A DNA stretch of 64,000 nt from Diadema antillarum (taxonomy: Eukaryota): NCBI RefSeq assembly GCF_040938485.1, contig NW_027271210.1, positions 992,001-1,056,000 of the forward strand. The letters are read 5' to 3'. The notes beneath the pieces were generated by a model. That model did not search any database, had not been told where the DNA came from, and worked only from the letters and a program-made list of their open reading frames with translations. This document shows positions 12,694 to 23,904 of this stretch, in pieces. Within the stretch, counting starts at the first letter, position 1. Every line of letters starts with the position of its first letter. The position numbers and the translations under genes are program-made.

Positions 12694-14097
12694 ATGGCAT
12701 CTTCCAAAAAGGGGGATTTGTACAGTCCCTTCAACGATTATTTCGGGCTGAGTAAGCTGGTATCAACGGGGAGGAAGAAGAGGGAGACCGTGGACCAAGA
12801 GACGGGCAACCAGTTCTTTGATTTTGAACAGGTGCGAGGCTCGTTCAATAGCTACCTGGGGTTAGACGAAGGGGAAGCGACAGTGACGAAGAAGAGTGGA
12901 TCCCAGGACCTAGGGACGAGATACCAGTATCCGGCCTTACGGAGGGACGGCGATGCAGCTGCGTGTCTGTCAACTGGTAGCCGTTGGCTGAGCAACGAGG
13001 GGATTCTACCAGACATCACCACTCTAAGAGGACGAGATGGAAGTGATGGACCACTCAGCAGATCAGTGTCTTGGTGCGTTTTCTGCAAAAACAATGGTGA
13101 AAGTTTGCAGGTCTACGGAAGCCACGCGCTGAAGTCCATAGACGGGAAAACTACCTGTCCTGTACTTCGGGCATACAGGTGCCCGATTTGTCGCGCCACC
13201 GGGGACGAGGCTCACACCATTAAGTACTGTCCATTATCAAGAAAGAAAAAGCTGCCTGGGTCAGCAGAGCCAGGATCTACCAGTAACATCAGCACAGCGG
13301 CGCTGTATTTTAAAACCCCACGGAATGCTGCCGGACGGCTGAGGAGCTGTAATACCAGAACGATGTCCACCCCCGGAAAACCCAAGTCCTGTTCAGACAG
13401 GGGAGAAGTCTACCGTTGTAAGGTGTGCCGGCGGTCCTTTTCCAGTAAAAGCTCGATGCAACGACACGAATTCGACGTGCACACCCCCAAATTTAGGTGT
13501 GATCGCTGTGCTTTCCAGACGCTGCACAAGCGAGAATTAGAACGCCACTACGGGACTCACGCCACCGATGTAGCTCCAGGGCGGGTACATTTGAAAACCC
13601 CAGTTTATGCGCCAATTAGGAGTAAGAAGCCGCCGTCAACGGAAACCAGACCCAGGAGTAGATCCCCCCTGTGCCCCTCTACTCCAACCCCTTCCCGGTG
13701 CACGCCTGAGAGGTGCACCCCAGAGAGGAGTGTCAGCCCAGTGAGGAGCGTCACATCTGAAAGAAGCAGTACCCCGGTGCTGGATGAGGACAGCTGTGGT
13801 AGCGGGCTCCTCGACCTGACTGGCGGAAGGCGGCGATTAGTAATCGAGGACGTGGTACCTGAAGTCAAATCCCCGGTAACATGTGGAATCGGGGTCCAGG
13901 TGTCACCATCCGACATTGACGGGGGGATTATCCGAGGGAGGCTAGGAGAATTACGACGCAGAGGGAAGACCAGTTTCAGCGCTACCGAGACGCTGGTGTT
14001 GCGGCCTGGCCGAACGTGGACCAGGAAGACGGAGCGGTTCCTGACGACTGGTGGCGAGTTTTTGGAGGTAGTGACCGAAACCGTGGAGGAAAAGTAG
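12694..14097 (+). CDS. nanos: Retrotransposon-borne Nanos-like protein fused to 2 C2H2 zinc fingers and an S/T-P-rich tail (467 aa from ATG 12694; alternative ATG 12667)
   Basis: NIM-like YSPFNDYFGLSKLV (12721-12762); Nanos finger C-X2-C-X12-H-X10-C-X7-C-X2-C-X7-H-X4-C (13075-13230); C-terminal LYFKTPRNAAGR; C2H2 pair 13411-13560; no introns or stops. Confidence 0.92.
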   Translation: MASSKKGDLYSPFNDYFGLSKLVSTGRKKRETVDQETGNQFFDFEQVRGSFNSYLGLDEGEATVTKKSGSQDLGTRYQYPALRRDGDAAACLSTGSRWLSNEGILPDITTLRGRDGSDGPLSRSVSWCVFCKNNGESLQVYGSHALKSIDGKTTCPVLRAYRCPICRATGDEAHTIKYCPLSRKKKLPGSAEPGSTSNISTAALYFKTPRNAAGRLRSCNTRTMSTPGKPKSCSDRGEVYRCKVCRRSFSSKSSMQRHEFDVHTPKFRCDRCAFQTLHKRELERHYGTHATDVAPGRVHLKTPVYAPIRSKKPPSTETRPRSRSPLCPSTPTPSRCTPERCTPERSVSPVRSVTSERSSTPVLDEDSCGSGLLDLTGGRRRLVIEDVVPEVKSPVTCGIGVQVSPSDIDGGIIRGRLGELRRRGKTSFSATETLVLRPGRTWTRKTERFLTTGGEFLEVVTETVEEK

Positions 14098-14845
14098 TGG
14101 AAGCGAAATTTTGGTAGAAGTGCGTGGGCAGATATGGACGTTAAACATAATTTGCCCAAATTGAGTTTGGACAATAAGTTATAATTGGACGTTTCTGAGG
14201 ACTGTTCGCGAAGATAGTGAAAGTGGTAGCGGATACCGGAAGGAAGATGTGGAAGCGATTATTGGTAGAGAAGGGCAGATACGGACGCTAAATTTAATCT
14301 GTCTAATTTTAAATTGGACATTAAGTTGTTAAAAGTGAACATTCCCAAGGACTGATGGACATTACTAATGTAATTGTTCTGGAAGAACGATGGTATTAAG
14401 TTGGATTCAATGAAGCTTATGTACGGAGATGTAGTGATTCCACGGAGTAGTGGAGGGACGTCATTGAAGCGATACCAGGTGTTGGTAGAATTGGTTTGAA
14501 GAGTTGGTAGAACCATATTGGTATCCACATTACAATTGGTAGATATGGTAATGACTGGTCTTGGAGTCTTAGCTTTCTTCTTCTCAAATTTTGAGTTGGT
14601 TGTGTCCATGTTGGAAGAAAGGGGGTATTAGACAAGGTTGGAGAGGTGGCGTTAAAAATGTACATAATGTTAATGGTTTTAAAGGAATGATGAGTGTTAT
14701 TAGAAATCATAAGGTGATGTTTTAAAAGGATTTGGTGGTGGACACCAGTATAAGTATTTTGGTAGTTGATACCAGTCGGAATGTGATGGAGGTCGGTTTG
14801 TGTTTAAAGTGTTGACGTTTAAAGTGTTTAAGATTGAAGTGGTAT

Positions 14846-14880
14846 AAGCTCGGGGACCGAGCTTGGTGGGTCGGGGGTCG
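14846..14880 (+). promoter_or_regulatory. Hairpin (AAGCTCGG-GGA-CCGAGCTT) plus G-rich polypurine-tract equivalent abutting the 3' LTR
   Basis: Position immediately 5' of TG at 14881. GGTGGGTCGGGGGTCG is G-rich but not pure purine. Confidence 0.65.
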
Positions 14881-15979
14881 TGTAGCGAAATCGATCAATT
14901 CCGCTGTATGGCCTGTATATAAGCTGTGTATTGATTTTTCACTATCGATTATATGAAGGTGTAATCGATCATTGTTGGTAGTAACGTTGGTATAGGCAAG
15001 GTCCAAAAATCACGGTTTTGGCCACATTTATGATTATTACATAAGATAAGGGCATTAGGGGGGTAAGATGATTGAAGATTCAGAGAGAGGTAATGGATAC
15101 CAGTAATTTGAGACCAAATTTGTGGGGTTTTGGTTAGAATCATTCGCCAAGATTGGTGTTCTAGTGGTGGAAATATTGATTAACTACGCTAACAATTATT
15201 TAGTAAAAATACAATTGGGTAATTCAGATTCTGTTTCGATGTCGAGTTGGGACGGATAAGGTAGGCACGTCTAGTACGTGTTGAGTTGGATCGAGCTGTC
15301 AAAGCTCGAGATAGCTGTGTACAAACAGTCTAGTGAAGGCGATGATCAGGGTAGTCTACTCCTGATCGCTAGCCAAGCCTAGATATGTGAATGAAACGTA
15401 CATAGCTAGCTGTCGAGTTGAGACGAGTAAGGCCGGGACGGGACTTGGAAATTGCGGGACCGGGTCTGCATTCTGAACTGTGTACAATTACTGCGGAAAC
15501 GAGTTGGACTGTGTTTGTACAGAAGTATTCCCGAATTAAAGACTACCTGTTGAACGTTATACCAAGAAGTGACTGGAAGAGTAATCTTTCCTACCAAAGA
15601 TTCCTGAGCGAGTGCAGGTGAGTCGAGTGGACCTTGATGGTGACTGGTGGTAAAGAGATTGGTAGATGTAACATAATAGATAGAGTGCGAAGCTGGTATG
15701 TTGGACTGTTGATGAAGGACTGGTAGATAACTGGTAGAAATAAATTGGTAGCAAGAATTAACTGGTATCTTGGGCCGTATATTGCGGCCAAACGAACTTA
15801 CGCCTAGCTCGGCCATCCTGATCGAAGTTCGTCGTAGGGCCCCATTTTCGATACCAATCAATCTATCATCACACATCTATCACCAAACACAAGTTATTCG
15901 CTACACCAGAGGGATCTACCCCTTTCTACGATGCGGTGTCAGGACTGAGGGATATGCCCATATGCGACCGGATTTCGCC

Positions 15980-15982
<3 letters not shown>
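14881..15982 (+). repeat. 3' LTR (1102 bp)
   Basis: 1099/1102 identical to the 5' LTR by manual comparison; AATAAA at 15739-15744. Confidence 0.97.
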
Positions 15983-16016
<34 letters not shown>

Positions 16017-16019
<3 letters not shown>

Positions 16020-16490
16020 CTCAGTTTGGTTGTGTACAAGGCACTAAATGGCAGTTCTCCATCATATATAATGTGATCTACTAGAGCCATATGTCCCAGC
16101 AAGAGAAAATCTACGTTCTGCAGACAAGTACCTGCTGCTGGAACACAGAGCACACAACTCTTGGGGAGCTCGTTCATTCCGCGTGGCTGCTGCAAAGATA
16201 TGGAATGGCCTTCCACAGTCTATCCGCAGAGCTCTTACCACAGAATCTTTTAAAACAGCCCTCAAGACCCATCTCTTCAAATTGAAAAACTAGCCAATGT
16301 GTAAGAATGTATGTTTACACATTTGGAGACAATTAATTCCTGGAACTATTTCTTTTTATTTTAACTGTCATATCACAAGCGGTGCACCCATGAGATTTAA
16401 GCTGAATTATGTATTTATTTTGGAGCAAGCGCCATGAGCGCCTGACTTGGCGGATACCGGCGCTATACAAGACTTCATCATCATCATTAT
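16017..16490 (+). mobile_element. 5'-truncated L2-clade LINE (ORF2 C-terminus + 3' UTR + (CAT)n tail)
   Basis: Translates VYKALNG...YVPARENLRSADKYLL...GARSFRVAAAKIWNGLP...FKTALKTHLF, stop at 16291; tail CATCATCATCATTAT. Confidence 0.8.
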
Positions 16491-16532
16491 ATATATATAC
16501 ATATATATATAATACATATATATATATATATA

Positions 16533-16566
<34 letters not shown>
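16489..16566. repeat. (AT)n microsatellite, interrupted
   Basis: Visible dinucleotide run. Confidence 0.9.
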
Positions 16567-16570
<4 letters not shown>

Positions 16571-16758
16571 GACCATTCCGTTCCACAAGCATTACAGGCG
16601 AATGACAGATTTGCACTATATAAGCTTTACCACCCAGAGAGATATAGACAATATTCATAGATCTAAGAGGAAAATAAAGATCACTTTTAACAAATGACAT
16701 ACATGTGATTTAAGACCTGAAAGAGATTGGAATACACAGCGGTTTGTACATTTCACTA

Positions 16759-16805
<47 letters not shown>

Positions 16806-19800
16806 CCTGGTCTAAACTATTCTATTGCCAGTTATAAACGCTCTAATGCAAAGCTTGATTATTGTGGAGTGTCGTTTCGTTCGTTTGTATATTTTTCTGT
16901 TTTTTCGCAGTATATTATCAGCTGTTTATATTGGAGTGCAAAAGCAAAGTAATTAAGGTCACTATAGGCTATATCGTATACCACTTCTCATTTAATATTC
17001 ATTCGTAGTCCATTAGCCAAACCTCATTGTACCCTGGTTTAAAATGGTACGTGCAACAAGAAAATGATTTATGTTATAGTGTCATTCATTGTTTATTGGG
17101 AAAATATCAATGTAAAGCTCTTCCTATATTGATCACTACTTATTGCTATTGAACATATTTTCAAATTACCCAGGTTGGCGCTTCTTATACGCATTGTTAG
17201 GTACATGACTTAAAGGCATTGTTTACCATTTGCAGATGAAACAAAATCCCAGCTGTGTGCTTAAAAATAGTTCTAAAACAAGAATAAGGTATAGAAACAA
17301 CCAGTGTAAAAAATTGAATCTGTGTAATCAATGTTAAGTAATGTTAAATACACAAAATTTGAACAATAGGCGTAATAAGAAAGTTTTTTAGACTTAACCG
17401 TCTACAGTGACTAAACCGTTTACAGTCGTTCAGTAAAAAAAAAAAAAAATAGTGATATCTCCTTACATTGGCCTTATACACATAGGGCTCTATGCATTAA
17501 ATGTGATATTTTGAACTCTCAACCCAATAGTAAACAGTGCCTTTAATGTAAGCGAAATAAAACAGATGAAAAAGCACTGTGATGTAATTCTCAGTCACTT
17601 GATAATGTCACGATTCCATTCAATACGTTTATTATTATGCGCAGGATCGGCCACAAGAACCTTGCGTAGTTACTATCAGTCAACCAACCCCACACCCCCA
17701 CCCCCCTCACACACAGTCGGTTACCCATACACACAATAAATTATGTATGCGTCTTCACAAAAGCCATGTAATGTCGGGAAATTAATTTTAGGTCTTCGCA
17801 GATATGAATTTTCGTTTTAATACAAGCTTTGCTTTTGCGGTTCCTTCATAATTATTTATTTCACATGTTATAGAGAATTGTCTTTTATGTACAATACAAT
17901 GTATGCTGACACACTTTCTAGTCTTGACCCGCTTTTTATCATATTTTGTATCTTGATTGTTTGTTTGTTTTTGTTTGTTTGGTTACTACAATTTATGTAT
18001 AAAAATGAAATATGAAAAATGCTGGTACTGTACAGTGTGTCTCAAGAGTATAAGACCAGTGCAGTTTCAGTAAATCAATTTGACATGATAAGTTTTGATT
18101 TGACGTTCTTCATTGCAAGGAAAAAGAATTATCAGTACGAAAGCTGTAAAAGTTGCACTGCCAAAGTCAGCTTTTTTTTTTTGGGGGGGGGGGATTTTCT
18201 TCTTTTTATGATCTGCGGATTCATAATGCAGGTAACATAATGATGCATCATACATGCTTGTTCCATCAGGTAAAGACGCCCCCTTTTCATAAGGATAGTA
18301 TGGTAGTCGGCAATGGTCGGGATTGTTTGTAAGTTTTTACCCTGTATATCACGCGTGGGCTATTATGGAATTTTAGAAGGGAAGCCAGCAAAATTTCCCC
18401 CTATTATTTGCGAAAAGAAGGCCGGCTCGGTATGCTTTGCAGCAAAACATACACAGTGAACAATGTTTAACACATTCGGGGGCAGTCAGGCAAACACCTA
18501 GAAGCCGCACCTCCCCTATTTCTGAGTTTTTCAGGAGTTTGGAATTAACCCAGTAATCATGACACTATTTCGGGATAGTTGGGGAATGCTTTGCAATCAT
18601 CCCTAATAAAATTATTTTAAAAAAGAACAACGATTTTCTGGATTTCTTTCCTCCGAAATAAACCCCTACATCATATCCATTTTCCACAGAAGTCGTTAAC
18701 AGTTTAACGCGCATAGGGTACACATGACCACCCGAGTTTGGGGACGGCTATCAATTGTCTTGTTGTGTGAACCTAACGTGACATTGTAGTCTGTACTCGG
18801 TGGTCTCAGGGACTGCTCCGATTCATTAATATTATAACATAAAGTTTTTCTTGTCACTTGACATCATTGACTGATGCCCATTGTGCCACACAGCTGAGTC
18901 CCAACTTACTTTTGGATAGGGCTCCACTCATGAGCAATTGCTTCTTCAGGTGCTCCTAAAACCATGCATGTTTAACTAGTGTAAAATTCGAATTTGTGAT
19001 TCATGCAGTCTCAAGTCATATGTTTGGTTTGAATAAAGTTGAAGCTGGAGTTGTAGTTGGGAAAAAGTATGAAAGTTATTCAAGTAGTAATGAACGTGAT
19101 TGTCGTTGAGATTATCGTCATGCTCTTGTTAATGAGCCCGTCCACAGTTTCAAGATTTGCCGTATGAATTTTACAATGCAGCACCGGTTTGATACTCGGT
19201 GCACAACGTCGTGGAGTGGGCTAAAACTCTGTGTAAGATGATACACATGTATGTTTATTATCATGCACGTCAGCATGAAGTGCAATACACACATATTTCT
19301 CAGAGTACAGGTTTCATTACCTTTCATTTCTTCGTCTCATCAAATATCCACAGAACATTTGTTTTTTAATCGTGAATTACTGGTCAAAACCCGGACTATA
19401 ATATCAAAAGAAGTAAACAAAAATATTCTCAAGTAGAAATATGCAATTGTGTATGGTCTTTCACCTCCACTATCAAGCCAAGGAATAAGGAAGTTTGATT
19501 TTATCTCCAATAAAAGAAGTGCATTGAAGAGGTTTGTGATATTTCATTCTGTCTTTTCTGTTCCTTCCTCTATTTTGGCGTGATATATAACATGCTTGAA
19601 TTTAATTCATCTGAACATGGCCATGAGCTACACACACATACACTGTACTAATTATTATACAACAATTTTTACAACAAGTTTTATTTATCTATTCAAGATT
19701 GCCATATCATCAACCCGAATAATGATTTGATTTTATATTGTCTCCCTTTAAGGCGAAAATACGTAACATTTCCTTAATATGCAGATTTACCGAATACAGA

Positions 19801-21529
19801 AATTTGATGTAAAAAACACATCGAATCGTTAATTCAACAGTAAACCAGTTCATAATTTTCCTAACTATATATCCAAGTTTTCTTGAAGCTCAGTGATGAG
19901 TCTTCTTTCTTATTTAAAATGTTTGGGTAACACTTGTTCCAAAGCTGCAAAGAAGATAATGGGAAATATATTTAGTAGTAAATTGTACGTCAAGGAACAT
20001 GAGTTCGACAATTACACCACGGGGCGTCATGTAAACAGTGTTGGTCTCGTGGCCCTTTTTAGCCTAGTGTCGGAGTCATAGGTCTTTTTTTTCGATGTCG
20101 AACTCGTGGTCAGTATGACTTGTATATAGGTGTCGGTCTCGTCGGATGAACGAGGGCTTATAGTAATCTCAACAGATTCCACTCATTAATTTTGTGAGGG
20201 CACAGGAATCTCTGTTCATGTAATTCATTGCAATACAAATCAAAAGCAGCAATACATTGTCATATACTCCGTCTTTGCAGCAGGATTCTAATTCTTTAAC
20301 AGTTTTTCTTATAAGTCCCCTTTCCCCCTCTGTTGGAGTTTTTTGTTTTTCTCTTTTTTAAAGGTTAATTTCTCTTCGCCGATAAGTCAGATGTGTTCAT
20401 GATGAAAATAATGACAACGATCAAGCACGTGGGGTTGCCATCATACGTAATGGTAATAGACTCCAGGTTGTTTTGTCATACACACAGCAATAAGAAATCA
20501 CTCGTATACACAAGACAGAAATGAAGAAATGCTAGAAACACACCTACGTCATATTTTCCATTTATATCTATTTCAATGGCAGTTATTTTTTCTAATTTCT
20601 CTCTTTGCTCATAATTTGACAATAAACATAATCGCTCTTCTTGTACCTGTCTACGTAATTTTTTTTTTCAAATTATCATTTTTAGACGGTTAAAGATTGA
20701 CATTTTTTTCACCAGCTTCCAACATTGTACAAATGACAACTATATACAGCATGTAAAACGTAACACCACTCTTTCCCCATTTCTTTTTATCCAACACATT
20801 ATCAAGACATCGTGGTATGACAATCATTTATCTTAACATCTGACATGCCTCTAATAATCCTTTGTCTGCTTGAGGTGCCGATACTTATTTTTAAAAACAA
20901 ATCAAAGCCTTGTTCACAATGTCCAAAGTCCCTTGCACAGAAAAGCAAAATTTTAAACCAGTAATATTTGCTCCCCTTCCACACAAAGAAAAAGCTTCAT
21001 AAAGAACTTAAATACCAACAATTACAATCTCTCATTCATGAATTGAGTTTTGACTGCGCTTCCATGTATTTAGTGCATGTATATTGACGAAGGAAGTCAT
21101 AGAACAAACATATTAATCAAGCCTCAGTATACACTTGTTTGCCTCCGCAGGAACCAATAGGAGACCCTTCATTTTTTTCCGTTCATGTGAAAGAAAATAT
21201 CTAAGTGACATAATTAAGTGTGAGAAATTATAGACATTAAACTCCTTAACAATGAAATTTTGACAACTACATATTAACATGAATATCTTTGTAATTGCTT
21301 AATGTATTTTCAATCAACTGATTAATTCATGTGCTCGTAAGTACAAAGGCAATACATCCATTTCTGTGTTGGCAGTGTCTCAAATTACACAAACTCCCGC
21401 AAACTTTGTTATTCTCTCATACCAAGTAAAGTTCACACAACCAATAATTCAGAATACACAGAAAATTTGCATTGCCGACTATCGAGAACAAACACTGGGT
21501 GCTTATCCGTCCAAAACTGTAATTTCACA

Positions 21530-21564
<35 letters not shown>

Positions 21565-22417
21565 GATTCCAGGAGCTTCGAGGGTTATGGAAGCGTCCAT
21601 TCAAACAATAAATATTCTTAATTGGCGACACCTGCGAGACACCTGCATTAGGGCTAGGCCACTTTCCATCCATAGGCTGTTGTTGCTGTTCTTTTATGAT
21701 TATGATGATGATGATGATGACGACGAAAGCAACAACAACAATATTGACTTTGCATTATAAAAGAATTGGAATAAAGCAAAATAAAGAAATACTTATGATG
21801 ACATACAATGATATCTTACTAAAAACCAACGATAATCAAAGAAATATACACAAGTATTTTTAACATACTGTGTCACCATCGTACTGATCTTTTGGTTTAA
21901 AAAAGATATAAAACCTTTAAAGTTGGATGCCTCTTTATATGCCTTAGCTACTGGTATGTTATTATCAAATATATGTGACCCATCATCACAAAACAAACAA
22001 AAAGTCGCCAGACATGAATAAAACAAAGGAAACTTCCTACCGTAACTGGGTTTTGAAATATTCTAATCATTCATAATTATCCATTCCTGGAAAAAATATA
22101 TCACTTCTTACACGATACATGGTCAATCATGTCTTCTTCATACCAAAATAGGATGATGTCACAGTGATTACAACGCACATGATAGATATAACATATACAT
22201 TATTAACATACGTTCGGACGGGTACAACAGGAAATGAGAAAATCATCAAAACATCCTCTCAGGAAGTCGAGTCATATCTAGAATAGGGCACACTTTGTGT
22301 ATAGTGAGAATTTTCTAATGATACCAAAGAACGCAAAACAGCTAGTGTTAGCAATTTGCAAAATGGAGTCCGATAGACTGAAGAGTCAGCATCCAGTTAT
22401 GCATTCACGGATGGATC

Positions 22418-22594
22418 ATGACACAAATGATACACAGGACAGAGTGGATCGGTGATAATTGGATGCGCAAGTTTAACTTTGGAACTGTTTAAATCCACTA
22501 GCACATCTATTGGGTTTTAGACTGTTCCAAAGTTAAACGAGAGCATTCAATTCTCACTGATCCACGCAATAGGTCTGTGCATCATTTGTGTCAT
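22418..22594. repeat. Short inverted-repeat (hairpin/MITE-like) insert
   Basis: ATGACACAAATGATACACAG...GTTTAACTTTGGAAC pairs with GTTCCAAAGTTAAAC...CTGTGCATCATTTGTGTCAT; absent from the paralogous site near 35500. Confidence 0.7.
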
Positions 22595-23904
22595 AAAATT
22601 AGCTCGTAAATTCATGAAATGTGACTATTTTCCCCATCATGAGTCCGGTACACAAGCACTATTATAATAAAGTATATTATGACCGTGCTCTGGTCGTTTA
22701 CTTCCTGTGTTTTGTCCCTTTCATTACGCAGCTCGCACGGCTTGATAAAGATTAAGCGCTTCAATAGACCCTGTACTTCAGAGCCTCTTTTCTGAGTTCA
22801 CACTTTTCCAGAGTGTGTGTGCTTTCTTTCTAGTGTTTAGATAGGGTAGGGGAGTCCATTTGAATTGAGTTATACATCATTTTAAAGCTTAGAGTCTGTT
22901 CTTTAAGAGTTTGCCCTCAAAAAAAAAAATCCATATCTGGCGACTTTTTGTTCGTTTTCTGATGCAGGGTCACATATACAAGCCTTGAGCCATGCGTTCG
23001 GATTTTACCGGACGCATGGCTCAGTGTGGATCACTAAAAATCAATGTATGACATTTGACCAATCAGATTGCAGATATTCGAAATCCCAATTTATGATTAA
23101 CACTTGATTTCCCCGTCGACTACATCGTGTAAGACGTACATCTCTAGAGCGAACCTCACCGTAGATGGTGCTCTCATAATAAAAATAAGCACCATGAAGT
23201 GTGGCCAGGAAGTGAAAGGTTCCCTGGACAGTCTGTCACTGCTTGATATCCACTTGTGGTCCTGTGTTCATCATGGCTTCTCCTGATGCGAATAGGTCTT
23301 CACATCATAAATCAAGAACTTATTTTTATATAGATAATATGCATCAATTTTGTTAATCATTCGAAATTCATTTTCAGCACCCTCACAGTCTAAGCTCCAC
23401 CCATCATTTTTTTTTCTTTTGCGATGTCATTAAAAGGAAAGTCAGCTGAAATTCAGCATTAGCACCAATAATGGATGCACCTTCCCCTAACAAAATGCAC
23501 CAGCTCACACCAGCAACACAGATTTTACACCTTACCATATCACAACATTTCTTTGCCGTACGCAATCCTGGAACACTTTCCACATCATAGCTCAATGATC
23601 ACCGTAATTGAAAGGTTAAGATGTGTTATTCTTTTTTTTAATCAACAGTACACTGTTTCCTGTGTATGATAATCATTCTAGTGTAAGTTACTGTAGAGGG
23701 TGGCATGAAAGCAAGTGCCCATTGTGACTTAAGTTGAGTCAACGATATTCAAGTGAGCATGCTCTACTGAAAAGGGGGAAACTTTCAATGTATCCATTCC
23801 TTACTTTGGGCAAGTTACAGTGAACTTTGCTTGTTTATAATTTAACGTGTGAGAGTGTTCCCATACAACAGTTTTGGCAGATTTTGCATACCTTCGTGGT
23901 AGTT

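Larger units (their letters stand above)
6140..15982 (+). mobile_element. Full-length Ty3/Gypsy LTR retrotransposon with gag-pol and an extra Nanos/C2H2 ORF
   Basis: Paired TG...CA LTRs, PBS, G-rich PPT-like tract, domain order Gag-PR-RT-RH-IN, inserted in an (AT)n tract. Confidence 0.97.

Noticed and set aside
12655-14097. ORF3 as an env gene, or as the host's canonical nanos locus
   Set aside because: No signal peptide, furin site or transmembrane segment. It lies wholly between two near-identical LTRs, is intronless and has non-Nanos C2H2 additions.
13605-14174. Antisense shadow ORFs (also 9225-9803, 9936-10388, 3414-3788, 27566-28072, 49743-50276)
   Set aside because: They overlap well-supported ORFs on the opposite strand and carry no motifs.
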